A stretch of 64,000 nucleotides of DNA from Planctomycetota bacterium (GTDB lineage Bacteria > Planctomycetota > UBA1135 > UBA2386): the NCBI GenBank assembly GCA_046290465.1, contig JBKAGP010000001.1, forward strand, positions 1,472,001 to 1,536,000, in the 5' to 3' direction. Every line of letters begins with the position of its first letter. Within the stretch, counting starts at the first letter, position 1. Positions 21,833 through 32,050 of this stretch are shown piece after piece. The notes beneath the pieces are model-generated. The model saw only the letters and a program-made list of their open reading frames with translations. It was not told the DNA's origin and made no database searches. The translations under genes and the position numbers were made by a program.

Positions 21833-21897
21833 CCCAACATGAACCCGGTTCAGTATGCGGTGTTTGGCGCCGCATACTGAACCGGGTTCATGTTGGG
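21833..21897. repeat. Perfect 28-bp inverted repeat downstream of the NRPS gene
   Basis: CCCAACATGAACCCGGTTCAGTATGCGG-N9-CCGCATACTGAACCGGGTTCATGTTGGG. Confidence 0.9.
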
Positions 21898-21911
21898 GGT
21901 TTTGGGTGGGG

Positions 21912-24900
21912 TCAGCGGCGGCGCATCAGGTTGCGGCGGGCCTTGGCTCGTTCCATCGCTTGTTGGGCGGCGGTCGGGGTCGACTTGCCGACCTGGAGGT
22001 GGCGGGCCAGGGCGCGAACGGTCGTGAAGCGGAACAGGTCGGTCACGGCGAGTTCGACGCCGAGGCGCTGGGTGATCTCCCGGTGCACCTTGACGGCGAG
22101 GATGCTGTGGCCGCCCGAGTCGAAGAAATTGTCCTCGACGCCGACGTCCTCGGTGCCGAGCGCCTGCTTCCAGATGCCGAGGATCGCGTCCTCGGTGTCG
22201 TCGGCCGCCGCCGTCACCTGCCGTGTGCCGGCCGCGACGACCGCCTCGGGGGCCGGCAGCGCCTTGCGGTCGACCTTCAGGTTGGGCGTGCGCGGCAGGT
22301 CCTGCATCGCCACGAAATGGCTCGGCACCATGAACTGCGGCAGCGAGCCGCGCAGATGCTCGCGCAGCTGGTCCGCCGTCGGCGCCGGCGAACGGGCGAC
22401 GAAGTAGGCGACCAGCCGGGCATCGCCGCCGTCGGTGCGCGCGACCACGACGACCTCGCGCACGCCGCTGTGCTGCGCCAACGCGGCCTCGATCTCGCCC
22501 AGCTCGATCCGGTAGCCGCGCACCTTGACCTGCAGGTCCTTGCGGCCGAGGTACTCGAGCACCCCGTCCTCGCGCCATCGCACCAGGTCGCCGGTCGCAT
22601 AGATCTTCGCGCCTTCGACCGCGCGGAACGGATCCGGCACGAACTTCTCGTCGGTCAGCTCCGGCCGACGGAAGTAACCGGCCGTGACGCCGTCACCACC
22701 GATCCACAGCTCGCCGGCGCTGCCGGTCGGCACCGGCTGCAGGTGGTTGTCGAGCACGTAGACCTGCTGGTTCTTCAGCGGCCTGCCGATCGGCACCGGC
22801 TCGTCGTCCCCGACCAGCTGCGTCGTCGACCAGACCGTCGTCTCGGTCGGCCCGTAGACGTCGTGCAGCTTCGGCACGATGCCCTTGAGCTTGCTGGCGA
22901 GCGCCGTCGGCAGCGCCTCGCCGCCGACCAGCATGTGCTGCAGCCGTCCGAACGCCGCCTCCGCCTTCGGGTCGAGCAGCAACATGCCGGCCATCGACGG
23001 CGTGCACTGGAAGTGCGTCACGGCGTGCTGCTCGATCAGCTCCGGAATGCTCGCCGCGGGGGTCGCCGCCGCCGCCGCCGGCTCGACCGCCGCCGCCGCC
23101 GTCGCCGTGTCGCAGCGCCGCTTGAGCTCCTGCAGATGCGGCAGGCTCTGCATGACGAGTTCGGTCGGCACGCCGAAGTCGACCAGGCAGGCGATCTCGT
23201 CGATCTTCAGCTTGCGCAGCCGGTCGACGATCCGCACGCAGCTCTCCGGCGTGCCGAACAGGCCGCTCTGCTGGTAGTAGCGTTCGAACGAGAAGTCGAG
23301 CAGCGCCTCGAAGTCGGCCGGCGTCAGGCCTCCGTTCAGCAGCGCATCCATCTCGCCCGGCTTGTCGACCCGATTCTTGAACGCCGGGAACGACCACGCC
23401 GCCTGCTTGACCAGGTCGAGGCTCGAACGCAGGTAGCCCTTCATCGGCTCGCGAACGGTCTCGCGCACCTGCTCCTCGTCGTCACCGACAAAGGTGTGCA
23501 GCATCAGCGTCACGTGGCCATCGCCGGCGTGGCCGGCCTTGCGCCACGCCTGCCGGTAGACGTCGAGCTTCTGGTCGAGTTCTTCGAGGCTCTGGCCGAG
23601 CAGGTGCGTCAACACGTGGCTGCCCGACTCCCCGGCCATCCGGTAGGTCTCGGGGTTGCCGGCGACCGTCACCCACGTCGGCAACCGCTCCTGGATCGGC
23701 CGCGGCAGCGTGCGGATCTTGTGCTTCTCGCCGTCGTGGCCCTCGAACTCGACCTCCTCACCGCGCCACAGCCGGTGCACCTGGTCGATCGTGCGCATCA
23801 TCGCGCCCTTGCGATCGGCGAAGTTCTCGGGCCGCAGCACGAAGTCGCGGCCGTGCCAACCGGCCGCGAACGCGATGCCGACGCGCCCCTTCGACAGGTT
23901 GTCGACCAGCGACCAGTCCTCGGCGATGCGGATCGGGTGGTGCAGCGGCGCCACGCACGAACCGGCGCGGATCTTGACGTTCTCGGTGATCGTCGCCAGC
24001 GCCGCGCTGGCGACCGCCGGGTTGGGATACAGGCCGCCGAACGCGTGGAAGTGGCGCTCCGGCGTCCACACCGCCTCGAAGCCGTTCGCGTCGGCGAACT
24101 TCGCGCCCTCGATCAGCAGCCGGTACTTGTCCTCGGCGTGCTCCCCTTCGTCGCTGGCGAAGTAGAACATGCTGAACGAGATCGGCCGGGTCGACGCCGC
24201 CTCCTTTTGCGGCGGCTGCTTCGGCTCCTCGGAGCCCTGGAACAGCACCACCTCGAAGCCGCGGCACAGCGTCCACAGCAGCTCCAGCACCGAGATGTCG
24301 AACGACAGGCTGGTCACCGCGAGCCACGTGCCCGGCTCGGGGTCGGGCTGGTCGGTGCCGAGCACCGCGTCCATACCGACGAAGAAGTTGGCGGCGTTGC
24401 GGTGGCGCACCATCACGCCCTTCGGTCGGCCAGTCGAACCCGAGGTGTAGATCAGGTAGGCGAGGTCGTCGCCGGTGGTCGGATCGTCGAGCAGCACCTC
24501 GGACGACGCGATCGCGTCGGCGTCGGCGTCGAGGTCGACGCGCGGACACGACGCGGTCGGCGCCGACGGCAGGCTGTCCCGATCGACGACCAGCGCCGCC
24601 AGCTCGGCGTCCTCGGCCATGAACGACAGCCGCTCGCGCGGGTAGCTCGGGTCGAGCGGCACGTAGGCCGCACCGCAGCGCTGCGTCGCCAGCGCGGCGG
24701 TGACCATGCCGAAGCCGCGCTGCGTGCAGATGCCGACCCGATCGCCGACCTGCACGCCGCGACCGCGCAGCCAGCCGGCCAGCCGGTCGACGGCCGCCAG
24801 CAGTTCGCGATAGCTGCGACGCTCGCCGCCGCAGACCAGCGCCGTGCGGTCCGGATGGCGCTGCGCGACCGCCGCGAACTGGCGGTGCACGCACGGCTCG

Positions 24901-26546
24901 GCGATCGCGCCGGTCGCGGTGTCGTTCCACGTGCGCAGCAGCCGTTCGAGTTCTGCCTCGTCGAGCACCGGCACGGCCACCAGCGGCTGCTGCGGGTCGC
25001 TGGCCGCCGCGCGGGCGAACACCGAAAGCCGCGCGGCCAGCGCGATCGCCCGCTCGTGGCTCAGCGTCGCGCTGTCGAAGCAGAGACGGACCGCGCCGTC
25101 GTCCGCCACCGCGAACGTCAACGTGCCCGCGGCGACCGGCAGGTCGCAGCCGACGGTGACCCGAACCGGCGGCTCCAGCTGGGTCGCCGGCGTCAACGCG
25201 TCGTTGCGGCGGCCGACCAGTTCGCGCAGCAGCGGCCCGCGCGCGGCCACTTCGGCGCGCGTCGCGTCGATCGCCTGCAACGCCTGCTCGACCGAGCTGC
25301 CGGACGCGACCCGGAACGCGGCCGGCGGACACGCGACCGAAAGGTCGACGGCGGCGCCGACGGCCTGCGCCATCGCCGCGTCGCAGTAGCCGAGGTCGGC
25401 GCCGAGCACGCCGCCGTTGCGCAACAGATACGCGACGCACAGTGACGCGGCGCGCGCACCGTCGACGCCACCGAGGTCGACCGGCACCTCGGAGGCGCTG
25501 GCGGCACCGTCGTTGGGCTGGCCATCGGGCACCGTCATCGGCATCGGCTGGCGCAGCGCTTCGACCCAGCGGCCCTCCCCCGCCGCGGCGAGCGCGCCGA
25601 GGTCGGTCCAGGCATCCCGCTGCGCCGGCGTCGCCGACGGCAGCACCGCGCCCGCATCGATCCCCATGCGCTGCAACGCCGCGGCGTCGAGCGGCAGGCC
25701 GCGCAGGCAGCGCGGCGCCTCGAAGCGCACGTCGCCGTCGGCGCAGGCGACCTGCACCGCGTCGTCGGCCACGGCGACGACCGTTCCGGCTGGCTTGCCG
25801 CTGGCCGGCAGCGCCCGGACCGCGCCGGGCACGAACACTCCGCCCGCAGCGCGCACCTTGGCGACCGCGATCGGGTTCTGGTAGCCGCCGTGGTCGAACG
25901 CGCGCACCAGCCGGACGACGTCGGCGGCCGGCTGCGAGAAGTCCACGACCGCCAGCGCGTGCGGGCGTGCGGTGCGGCCGAACCAGGTGCGGCGCGACAG
26001 GTCCTGGGCGCGGCGCTGCATGCCGGCGCCGGCGAGTTGCTCGCAGAGTTCGCCGAAGCTGCGCTGGCCGTGCTCGAAGCAGCGCGCGTTGAGCGTGAAC
26101 GCGGTGTCCTCGGGCTCGATCGCGAACGTCGCCTGCACCAGGATGTCGCCGGTGTCCGCCTTCGGCTCGACCACGTGCCAGGTGACCGCGTGCTCGGACT
26201 CGCCGTTGAGCAGCGACCAGCAGGTCGCGTTGAGGCCCGCGTAGCGCGGCAGCGGCCCGTCGTGGAAGTTGATCGCGGCCACCCGCGGCATCGCGATCAC
26301 CGGCGCCGGCAGCAGCTGCAGCCAGGTGATCGCGAACAGGTAGTCGAACGCGTCGCCGCCGAGCTGCGCAGCGAGATCGCCGGCCGCGGCGACGCAGCGC
26401 AGGCCGTTCTCGGCGCAGTAGCGGCGGACCTTGTCGGTGTCGGTGGCGACGGCCACGACGGAATGGCCGCGGTCGCGCCACGCTTCGAGGCACTGCAGCA
26501 GGAGGGTATCGGAGCCGACGAAGACGGCAGCGAGCGAGGACGCCAT
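21912..26546 (-). CDS. NRPS-like protein: formyltransferase + adenylation domain interrupted by MupA/Atu3671-type luciferase-like monooxygenase + PCP
   Basis: 'INFHDGPLPRYAG'; 'YLIYTSGSTGRPKG'; 'FEAVWTPERHFHAFGG'; 'YGPTETTVWS', 'YATGD', 'VKVRGYRIELGEIE'; PCP 'FFDSGGHS'. Confidence 0.92.
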   Translation of the reverse strand: MASSLAAVFVGSDTLLLQCLEAWRDRGHSVVAVATDTDKVRRYCAENGLRCVAAAGDLAAQLGGDAFDYLFAITWLQLLPAPVIAMPRVAAINFHDGPLPRYAGLNATCWSLLNGESEHAVTWHVVEPKADTGDILVQATFAIEPEDTAFTLNARCFEHGQRSFGELCEQLAGAGMQRRAQDLSRRTWFGRTARPHALAVVDFSQPAADVVRLVRAFDHGGYQNPIAVAKVRAAGGVFVPGAVRALPASGKPAGTVVAVADDAVQVACADGDVRFEAPRCLRGLPLDAAALQRMGIDAGAVLPSATPAQRDAWTDLGALAAAGEGRWVEALRQPMPMTVPDGQPNDGAASASEVPVDLGGVDGARAASLCVAYLLRNGGVLGADLGYCDAAMAQAVGAAVDLSVACPPAAFRVASGSSVEQALQAIDATRAEVAARGPLLRELVGRRNDALTPATQLEPPVRVTVGCDLPVAAGTLTFAVADDGAVRLCFDSATLSHERAIALAARLSVFARAAASDPQQPLVAVPVLDEAELERLLRTWNDTATGAIAEPCVHRQFAAVAQRHPDRTALVCGGERRSYRELLAAVDRLAGWLRGRGVQVGDRVGICTQRGFGMVTAALATQRCGAAYVPLDPSYPRERLSFMAEDAELAALVVDRDSLPSAPTASCPRVDLDADADAIASSEVLLDDPTTGDDLAYLIYTSGSTGRPKGVMVRHRNAANFFVGMDAVLGTDQPDPEPGTWLAVTSLSFDISVLELLWTLCRGFEVVLFQGSEEPKQPPQKEAASTRPISFSMFYFASDEGEHAEDKYRLLIEGAKFADANGFEAVWTPERHFHAFGGLYPNPAVASAALATITENVKIRAGSCVAPLHHPIRIAEDWSLVDNLSKGRVGIAFAAGWHGRDFVLRPENFADRKGAMMRTIDQVHRLWRGEEVEFEGHDGEKHKIRTLPRPIQERLPTWVTVAGNPETYRMAGESGSHVLTHLLGQSLEELDQKLDVYRQAWRKAGHAGDGHVTLMLHTFVGDDEEQVRETVREPMKGYLRSSLDLVKQAAWSFPAFKNRVDKPGEMDALLNGGLTPADFEALLDFSFERYYQQSGLFGTPESCVRIVDRLRKLKIDEIACLVDFGVPTELVMQSLPHLQELKRRCDTATAAAAVEPAAAAATPAASIPELIEQHAVTHFQCTPSMAGMLLLDPKAEAAFGRLQHMLVGGEALPTALASKLKGIVPKLHDVYGPTETTVWSTTQLVGDDEPVPIGRPLKNQQVYVLDNHLQPVPTGSAGELWIGGDGVTAGYFRRPELTDEKFVPDPFRAVEGAKIYATGDLVRWREDGVLEYLGRKDLQVKVRGYRIELGEIEAALAQHSGVREVVVVARTDGGDARLVAYFVARSPAPTADQLREHLRGSLPQFMVPSHFVAMQDLPRTPNLKVDRKALPAPEAVVAAGTRQVTAAADDTEDAILGIWKQALGTEDVGVEDNFFDSGGHSILAVKVHREITQRLGVELAVTDLFRFTTVRALARHLQVGKSTPTAAQQAMERAKARRNLMRRR

Positions 26547-26702
26547 GTAGCTTGGATCGGGAGTTGCGAGAGCCGGTCTTGATATCCCCCCGGACCGGCT
26601 CTGCGCGATGCGTCGAAGGACGCAGACCGCGGCCGGGAACGACCGATGGCAACGAAGATATCGCGCCCGCGCCGGCGCGGCCCCCCGTAGTCTCTGCACG
26701 CC

Positions 26703-27500
26703 GTGAAGATTCGCATCCTGATCGCGCTGTTCTTTCTGATCACGCTCGGGGTGGTCTGGATCGTCGCCGGCAAGCTGCACCGCTTCGCCTACTGGATCGG
26801 CCGCAAGACCGACGCCGAGGTCGAGGCGCTGCAGAAGGACGGCTGGCAGGTCGACCGCCTGCAGGTCGACGACGGCGTCGAACTGGTCGGGCTGGTGCGG
26901 CCGCCGAAGGACCCGGCCGGCGCGGCAACGCGCTGGCTGCTGTTCGTGCCGGGCAACTCCGCCGGCATGCTCGACGGCTTCCAGCAGGTGCTCGACGACC
27001 TGCGCGGCGACGACGACGTCGGCGTCGCGTTCTGGGCCTACCGCGGCTTCGACGCGTCGACCGGCACGCCATCGCCCGACGCCCTGCGCGGTGACCTGGC
27101 CCGACAGTGGCAGCGCCTGCTGCAGCTCGGCGCGAGCCCCGAACGAACCGAGATCTGGGGCTACTCGCTGGGCTCGATGCTCGCGCCGCACCTGGCGGCC
27201 GAGCTGTGCCGGGCCGGCACCCCGCCCAAGCGGCTGGTGCTGCTCGCGTCCGGCCTCGAGATCCCGGTGCGGCCGTTCGGCGCGTTCGGCCGGTTCGGCC
27301 CGAGCGACCGCTACGAGGCGCAGAGCGTCGCCGACGACATCACCTGCCCGGTCGCGATCGGCCACGGCAGCGCCGACGACGCGATGCCCCTGCAAGGGGC
27401 GCAGCAGTTCGCCGAACGCCTCGGCGTCGAGCTGACCGTGTTCGACGGCCGCAACCACGTCGACCTGTGGCCCGACGCGCGCGCCGCGTTCTGGTCGACC
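26703..27500 (+). CDS. Membrane-anchored alpha/beta hydrolase; end approximate because no stop occurs until 29372
   Basis: N-terminal TM, 'FVPGNS', 'AYRGF', nucleophile 'GYSLG', 'HGSADD', 'RNHVD'. Confidence 0.75.
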
Positions 27501-27521
27501 GCGTGCTCTCCGTCGGGGCCG

Positions 27522-29828
27522 CTATTGGATCCGGAAGGTGACGCCGCCGACGCCCTCGTCGGTGCCGAGCAACGTCGTCGGCACGTTCCAGCGCACCTCG
27601 ATCGGCTGGTCCTTCGGCAGTGGCGACAGCGGCACGAACGCAAAGCAACCGGGCGCCTGGTCGGAGTAGTCGACGACGACCCCGCGCAGCGGCGCGTTCT
27701 TCTCGAACGCCTGGCACGTGATCGACTGCCGGTACGACGCGCCGATCTCGCGCGCGAAGTGCATGGTGAGCGGCATGCCGACCTGCTGGTCGGCCTCGAC
27801 GCCGGCCGCCGCGAGCGCGGCCCTGGCCCGCTCGTCGAGCTCGCCGAACGCGACGCCGGCCGGCACGCCGCGCTGGCCCGCGCGCGGCCAGTGGATCGGC
27901 GGCCCGGTCCTGGTGCGTTCGGCCGGCAGCGCCAGGCCCAGCAGGAAACCACCGTCGTCGGACGGCACCGCGACCAGGTCGCGGCCCGGCGCGATCAGCC
28001 GGTCGCGCATCGCCGGGTTGCGCAACCACTCGGCCAGCGCCGCCTCGGCGTCGGCGGCGCGCGACCAGAGCACCGTGGTGCCGATCGCGGCCGGCGGCGT
28101 CGGAAACTCGACCGGCTCGACCTTGCGGCCGGCCTTGGCCTGCTTGTCGCGCTTCTTCTGCTCCTTCTCGGCCTTGGCCAGCGCCTTCTCGTAGCGGCGC
28201 ACTGCGAGGAAGTCCGGCGTGGTGTCGAGGTAGTAGCCGATTGGACCGACCTCGGCGTCGGCGCGCGCCTGGTTGAGCGCGTCGACCAGCGAACGAGACC
28301 GCTCGACCGCCTTGCGCGCCTTGCTCTTCTGGTTGGGCAGCGGATCGCGCTTCATCGCCGCGCGCAGCTCGGCGCCGCGGCCCCAGAACGTGCGCCACTC
28401 GGCGTCGATCTTCGGCAGCGGATACTGGGTGCGCCGCAGGAACTCGGCTTCGACGGCCATCGCGTCGCGCACCCCGCTGTTCTTGCTGGCGTCCAGCTCC
28501 AGCAGCAGCTCGGGCCGCCAGTGCGCCAGGTAGTGGCAGATCGCCCACGCCTTGACGCGCTGCTCGTTGGTGAACTTCGCCGCCTGGATCAACACCAGCT
28601 CGCTGCTGCGCGTGTCGCTCTTGGACCAGGCCGACTCGGTCGCGATCTTCATCCACGTATCGAGATCGGGCGCGAGCCGGCGCTGCGTGTGGCCCGCCGA
28701 CGTGCGTTCCTTGAGCTGCTCCTGCAGGAAGCACAGCGTCTGGTTGAACAGGAAGCCGCAGGCGGCGTGGCCGACGCCCTCCCACAGTCCGTCGGTTTTC
28801 GGTCCGATCGCGTCCTGCATGACGCCGCGCGCCGCGTTGTCGCGGTTGACGGCCATGCCCAGCTCGCCCTTGTAGACGCGCAGCGACTGGCCGCCGTGCT
28901 CGAGGAAGCACATGTCGACCTCGTCGCGCAGGAACCGGAACCGATCCTCCTGGAACGCGCCGCGGCACACCTCCATCGTCGCCGCGTACTCACCCTGGTT
29001 CTGCACGAACACGAGGTTGCGGATCCGCTTGGGCTCGAACACATGGCCCGGCGACACCCCGAACCAGGTGCGCGACAGCAGCAGCGAACGTTCGCAGTCC
29101 AGCGCCAGCTCCGTCAGCGTCGCCACCGGCAGCGTGCCCCACACCTCGAAGTGCTCGGAGCGCACGCCGCTGTGCGTCAGGCCGGCGGCCTCGAGCAGCG
29201 GCAGGCGTCCGTCGGGCATCTGCTCGACCGGGAACGCGGTGCGGTTGAGCCAGTCGCAGGCCAGGAACAGCGCACGGCCCCGACGCAGCATGCGCAGTTC
29301 GTCGGCCGTGCCCGTGAAGCCCTCGAACTCGCGGATCGCCAGCGCCTCGGAGGCGGTCTGGTCGCCCGGTGACATGCTGAGGATGCGCCGCCAGTGCTTC
29401 GCCGCGCGGTCGGGCTCGCCGAGCCGGGTCCAGCCGTCGGCCAGCTTGCGGTGCTCTTCGAGCAGCGCCTTCTCGAGCTTCTGCTGCTCGCGCTCGACCC
29501 TGCGCAGCTTGCTCTTCTTGGCCTTCAGGTCGCGATCGAGCACCAGCGCTGCCTCGTCGATCCGCCACAGCCGGCCGACCTGCACGAAGCCGGTCTTCTC
29601 CCGGGCGCGCTTGTCGTCCTCGTCGTAGTCCATCCAGATGGTCCGCCGCAGCTGCAGCGCCCGCGCGTGCTGCTTCTGCTCGGCGAACTTGTCGGCCAGG
29701 TCGTGCATGCCGGCGACCGCGGTCTTGGTGAGCTCGGTCTCGCGCACCGCCAGGGTGGTCGCGTCCTGGGCGGCCAGCAGTCCGCACAGCGAGAAGATCG
29801 TCAGCAGGGTTCGGGCGAGGGGTCGCAT
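27522..29828 (-). CDS. Secreted hypothetical protein
   Basis: Signal peptide MRPLARTLLTIFSLCGLLAAQ, TACCTT 7 nt upstream, host-like codon use. Confidence 0.75.
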   Translation of the reverse strand: MRPLARTLLTIFSLCGLLAAQDATTLAVRETELTKTAVAGMHDLADKFAEQKQHARALQLRRTIWMDYDEDDKRAREKTGFVQVGRLWRIDEAALVLDRDLKAKKSKLRRVEREQQKLEKALLEEHRKLADGWTRLGEPDRAAKHWRRILSMSPGDQTASEALAIREFEGFTGTADELRMLRRGRALFLACDWLNRTAFPVEQMPDGRLPLLEAAGLTHSGVRSEHFEVWGTLPVATLTELALDCERSLLLSRTWFGVSPGHVFEPKRIRNLVFVQNQGEYAATMEVCRGAFQEDRFRFLRDEVDMCFLEHGGQSLRVYKGELGMAVNRDNAARGVMQDAIGPKTDGLWEGVGHAACGFLFNQTLCFLQEQLKERTSAGHTQRRLAPDLDTWMKIATESAWSKSDTRSSELVLIQAAKFTNEQRVKAWAICHYLAHWRPELLLELDASKNSGVRDAMAVEAEFLRRTQYPLPKIDAEWRTFWGRGAELRAAMKRDPLPNQKSKARKAVERSRSLVDALNQARADAEVGPIGYYLDTTPDFLAVRRYEKALAKAEKEQKKRDKQAKAGRKVEPVEFPTPPAAIGTTVLWSRAADAEAALAEWLRNPAMRDRLIAPGRDLVAVPSDDGGFLLGLALPAERTRTGPPIHWPRAGQRGVPAGVAFGELDERARAALAAAGVEADQQVGMPLTMHFAREIGASYRQSITCQAFEKNAPLRGVVVDYSDQAPGCFAFVPLSPLPKDQPIEVRWNVPTTLLGTDEGVGGVTFRIQ

Positions 29829-29858
29829 CGCCGGCAAGGTAAGCGATGATCGGCATCC

Positions 29859-31967
29859 ATGCATCGCGCACGCCTGCTGCTCTGTGTCCTGGGACTCGCT
29901 CCCTGGCTCGCCTGCACGGGTCTCGCCCAGGAACCTGCCGCCGAGTCGCCGCCGGCGCGCGTCCTGATCGTGCAGAACCTGGCCCCGCACGCGCGCCAGC
30001 AGCCGGTCGCCTGCGTGGTGCCGTTCGCGCCCGGCGTCGCGTTCGCCCAACCGGCGCTGACCGTCGAGGACCATCCGACCGTCTGGCAGCCGTTCGGCGC
30101 CCGCTGGCCCGACGGCTCGTGGCGGCAGGCGCTGTGCCTGTTCCGTGTCGACATCCCGCCGCTCAGCGAACAGCGGCTGACGCTGCTGGCGGAGCGCTCG
30201 ACGCCGTCCCCGGCCAGGATCGAGATGCCGAAGGCCGAGCTGAGCGTGCTGGTGCAGAGCGGCCGGAGCAAGGTGCGCGCCACCCCCGAGCGGGTGCGCG
30301 ACCTCGAGTCCAACGCGTTCCGTCGGGTCGAGCTGCGCCGCGCCCGCATCGGCGGCACCGGCCTGGTGGTCGAACTGATCGTCACCGCCTGGCGCGACCA
30401 GGCCTTTGCCGACGTCGCGATCTCGGTATTCTTCTCGGACCCGGACTCCAAGGACATACAGCGGCGCGTCGACGAGTTGGCGATCGAGAGCCGCGGCATG
30501 GGCCTGGTGCTGCGTCACGGCGGCTACCTCGGCATCGACCAGCGCGCCACCCGCTACGGCAGCCGCACGGTGCTGCTGCAGAAGGCCGTGCTCGGCGACG
30601 GCCAGGGACTGCGCCGCGTCGGCGTGCTGGTGCCGCCGCTGTCGGGCGACAAGGTCGCCGACGAGACGCTGCGCGCGGCGACCATCGCGCCCCTGCTGGC
30701 TGCAACCAGCTGGCACGGCACCGACGCGTTCGGGCCGTTCGGTGTGGTGCCACAACCGCCGCCGTGGCTGCAGGGCGACGCGCTGCGCGTGCACTTCGCG
30801 CACCGGCACAAGACGTTCGTGCAGCGCGAGGCCCAGAAGGGCGATCCGTTCGGCGTGTTTCCGCACGGCCTGCAGCGCATGGCCGGCCAGACCGGCGATC
30901 AGGACGACTTCGGCACCTGCAAGCTGTCGCCGGTCGCGTGGAGCGGCGTGCCGAGCATGCTGCTCGAGGTCGAGCTGTCGGTGCTGCAGGAAGCGTGTCG
31001 ACCGGTGCACTTCTTCGAACGCGACGGCGCGCCGGTCGATCCCGCCGAGCACCCCGAGTGGGTCGTGTGGAGCGGCCGCACCCACTGGCACGCCGGCGTC
31101 AGCAAGGACCGCCTCGGCAAGCCGCACCCCGAACCGCCGAGCGAGAGCCACGGCTGGACCGGCAAGGACCGGCAGCACTGGTCGAGCAACTACCTGACTG
31201 CCTACGCGCTGCTGACCGGCGCGCACTGGGCCCGCCGCGAACTCGAGAACGAGGCGCGACTCTACCTCGCCGGCCAGACGCTCGACCCGCAGCTGACGAC
31301 CTCCAACTCCGGCGCACCGCGCGGCGCCGGACGCACGATGCTGGCGGCCGCGTGGAACCTGTGCGTCACCGACGACGAACGCCTCCGGCAACGCATGGAC
31401 CAGCGCACCGACCGCGTGCACTTCCAGCAATGGGCCGGCCGCACGCTCGCCGCCGACCGCGTGCGGCCGATGGCGGTCAGCGGCCCGGACGACCGCCTGC
31501 TGCGCGGCAAGCATCCGTTCTGGAACCCGTGGCAGGACGCCCTCGCCGCGGTCGGCTTCGCCGCCCAGCACCGGATGACCGGCAACGCCAATGCGCGGGT
31601 GCTGGCCGAGCAGTTGGCCAAGAACGTCGTGCAGCACGGCTGGCTGGTCGACGAACGCGGCAGCGAGGTCGCGATGGCGATCCGCTGGCTGAAGGGCGCG
31701 CCGTTCACCGCAGCGCAGTGGCGTTCGCGCGATGAGACGCTGGTGCAATGGGGCTTCGGCACGGCGTACTCGGAGTGGTCGATCGGCGCCGTGGAGATCG
31801 CGCGGGTGGCGGCGGCGCGCGACGGCGACGAGGAGCTGCGGGACAAGGCGGCTGGTATCCAGCAGCGCATGCGGAAGTCGCGGCGGCCACCGGCGGCGGA
31901 GTATCCGTATCTGCGCGGGCTCGATCGGTTCGGGGAGTGGGACGCGGTGCGTTGGGAGGCGAAGTAG
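29859..31967 (+). CDS. Secreted hypothetical protein (possible lyase/glycosidase-like helical barrel)
   Basis: Signal peptide, 'VPFAPG...ARWPDGSWRQA' N-terminal motif, Trp-rich C-terminal part. Confidence 0.7.
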   Translation: MHRARLLLCVLGLAPWLACTGLAQEPAAESPPARVLIVQNLAPHARQQPVACVVPFAPGVAFAQPALTVEDHPTVWQPFGARWPDGSWRQALCLFRVDIPPLSEQRLTLLAERSTPSPARIEMPKAELSVLVQSGRSKVRATPERVRDLESNAFRRVELRRARIGGTGLVVELIVTAWRDQAFADVAISVFFSDPDSKDIQRRVDELAIESRGMGLVLRHGGYLGIDQRATRYGSRTVLLQKAVLGDGQGLRRVGVLVPPLSGDKVADETLRAATIAPLLAATSWHGTDAFGPFGVVPQPPPWLQGDALRVHFAHRHKTFVQREAQKGDPFGVFPHGLQRMAGQTGDQDDFGTCKLSPVAWSGVPSMLLEVELSVLQEACRPVHFFERDGAPVDPAEHPEWVVWSGRTHWHAGVSKDRLGKPHPEPPSESHGWTGKDRQHWSSNYLTAYALLTGAHWARRELENEARLYLAGQTLDPQLTTSNSGAPRGAGRTMLAAAWNLCVTDDERLRQRMDQRTDRVHFQQWAGRTLAADRVRPMAVSGPDDRLLRGKHPFWNPWQDALAAVGFAAQHRMTGNANARVLAEQLAKNVVQHGWLVDERGSEVAMAIRWLKGAPFTAAQWRSRDETLVQWGFGTAYSEWSIGAVEIARVAAARDGDEELRDKAAGIQQRMRKSRRPPAAEYPYLRGLDRFGEWDAVRWEAK

Positions 31968-32050
31968 GCGGAGGGCAGGGGTGGCAATACGAAATTGGTG
32001 ACCGGTCGCTCGGCTGGATGTCGTTGACCTTGGTCGAACGACCTTCACCG

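Noticed and set aside
21855..25445. Very long alternative-frame or antisense ORFs (also 2272-6279, 45509-49270, 54338-57985, 59629-63459)
   Set aside because: Shadow ORFs expected at high GC; Arg/Ala/Gly-rich, no motifs, and they overlap well-supported genes
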